From positions 1,792,001 to 1,856,000 of the forward strand of contig OY759353.1 of assembly GCA_963662315.1 (NCBI GenBank): DNA of 64,000 bases. The letters run 5' to 3'. The notes beneath the pieces were generated by a model that was not told where the DNA came from, did not search any database, and was given only the letters and a program-made list of their open reading frames with translations. This document shows positions 62,752 through 64,000 of the stretch, piece after piece (the first letter of the stretch is position 1; each line of letters opens with the position of its first letter). The stretch is from Geopsychrobacteraceae bacterium. GTDB taxonomy: Bacteria > Desulfobacterota > Desulfuromonadia > Desulfuromonadales > Geopsychrobacteraceae. A program made the position numbers and the translations under genes.

Positions 62752-63408
62752 TCAGTGACTTTTTACCTTAACCGTTTTTTGCTGTTGCAATCCTTTCGAT
62801 ACGGCTTTGGTCATACCGAACAGAACCAGCAGCGCCGGAACCAGCTGGGCGACAATGATCAGAGCGCAAAAACCGACAAAGAGCAAGACCAGTAAGCCAC
62901 TGTTGTAAGTCACTGTCGTGTCAACGGCGAATACGGGTGAGACCAGTAGCATGGTTACGACGATTGATGAAAGTAATGATTTCATTGTGAACATAAGCGT
63001 CCCCTTTCCGGCGTGCAGCACTTGCTGCGTACGTTCTTCATATTGTTTAAAGGCATAACAAACAGCTTCATAGAGTTCTGATTCATTTTCCAGGCCGGCG
63101 CTTTTCAGAGCATGGTAAAAGATCCCTTCTTGACGGATACGACGCACCAGATTCAGCGGCAGCTCTTCTGAGACGAGAATAATAGCCAGGTTGCGGTTAC
63201 ACTTTTTCAACAGCGGCACCAAACGGACAACATTCCCTTCATGGCAATCACCGTCGATAACAACAACCTGGATTTCTTTATTGATAATACCTTCCAGAGC
63301 GTTGGCGACTGAGTCTGCAGTTACCACCCGATATTCATCGGGAGCAAACATGGCACTCAGCCGTTCCCGTGCGCTTTGATCACGATTTGCTATAAGCAGG
63401 CCTTTCAT
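62752..63408 (-). CDS. Atypical receiver domain fused to a small membrane protein
   Basis: Receiver-like first about 125 aa; C-terminal signal-like and TM part with FVGFCALIIVAQLVPA. Confidence 0.7.
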   Translation of the reverse strand: MKGLLIANRDQSARERLSAMFAPDEYRVVTADSVANALEGIINKEIQVVVIDGDCHEGNVVRLVPLLKKCNRNLAIILVSEELPLNLVRRIRQEGIFYHALKSAGLENESELYEAVCYAFKQYEERTQQVLHAGKGTLMFTMKSLLSSIVVTMLLVSPVFAVDTTVTYNSGLLVLLFVGFCALIIVAQLVPALLVLFGMTKAVSKGLQQQKTVKVKSH

Positions 63409-63504
63409 GACTTCACCTCATATTAACTGGTTTCCAGCTGAAAACGGCCATTGACCTTTTTGCCACAGTCTGTTTCCACACTGGAAACTTAGACGATAAA
63501 AAGA

Positions 63505-63732
63505 TTAACGATGAGTCGCAGCTTTTTTCTCGTCGCGGCTGAAAATCCCACGCAACATGCCGATCAGCATCAACGTTGCCGGTACCAGCTGAAAAACGAT
63601 AATCAGAGCAAAAAATCCGATAAAAAGAGAGCTCAACAAACTCCCCTCACCTGCTCCGGTAGCCTCAGCTGCAAAAACACTTGATCCGGACAGTACTAAC
63701 CCTAAAGACCATAAACTCATTATTTTTTTCAT
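63505..63732 (-). CDS. Small membrane protein with signal peptide
   Basis: GGAGGG RBS; FIGFFALIIVFQLVPA, paralogous to the C-terminus of the downstream gene. Confidence 0.75.
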   Translation of the reverse strand: MKKIMSLWSLGLVLSGSSVFAAEATGAGEGSLLSSLFIGFFALIIVFQLVPATLMLIGMLRGIFSRDEKKAATHR

Positions 63733-63802
63733 GGTGCCCTCCATGTGTTAAGGTGCGAACAATTCCTGTGACGATTTGCTTAACGCTTGTGCCTATCAAT
63801 AC

Positions 63803-63818
63803 TGCACTGTCTGTGCCA
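63803..63818 (-). promoter_or_regulatory. Sigma54 (-24/-12) promoter
   Basis: Minus strand TGGCACAGACAGTGCA: GG and GC at the canonical spacing, about 70 bp upstream of the small membrane gene. Confidence 0.6.
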
Positions 63819-64000
63819 ATCCTTTCAGCACCCCAGACTACATCGATAACATGTCGATACTACTGATAAAATCAGAAAAATTGCTAAATTCAACACAACC
63901 ATATTATGTATATTTCTCCTATACAGAAGAGCTGAGGATACTCCCATAAAAATCCGCCAATCCATCTATAAGCTGTTTTTTTTAAAGGATTTTTCCAGAA

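Noticed and set aside
63838..63851. CTACATCGATAACA as a fifth LacI operator
   Set aside because: Only the right part matches, and it lies 40 kb from the regulon

Overview
A chromosomal window from a bacterium that looks like a Desulfuromonadales / Geobacter-related deltaproteobacterium. This is an inference from the RpoD N-terminus, the yqeY-cvpA-mutS2-dnaG-rpoD-tRNA-nif3-zinc ribbon-rnpB gene order and a multiheme cytochrome. The left half (1-35.7 kb) is accessory organic-acid and sugar-acid metabolism. It holds a partial TRAP DctP, LysR, an Ldh_2 oxidoreductase, YdiJ, GltS/GntR, a 5'-truncated AraC gene and a CaiB-tctCBA-abrB/IclR unit. It also holds a LacI-controlled TRAP plus dehydrogenase module with four TGTTATCGATAACA-type operators, an MCP, a FetAB-like ABC pair and an IclR-kdgK-eda-pyk-gap lower Entner-Doudoroff cluster with a MITE-like insert. 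The right half is mostly core genes (sui1, rnpB, tRNA-Ile2, rpoD, dnaG, mutS2, nfeD/SPFH, tandem ThyX). Among them are several poorly understood modules: a Cys-cluster/LOG/ATP-grasp unit, two divergent CydA-like membrane proteins with a 7-heme cytochrome c, a rhomboid apparently lacking its catalytic His, a cheX-cheY-pilZ unit, and a receiver domain fused to a small membrane protein next to that protein's paralog. I saw no CRISPR array, transposase, integrase or prophage. All product calls come from recognising motifs by eye; no searches were run.
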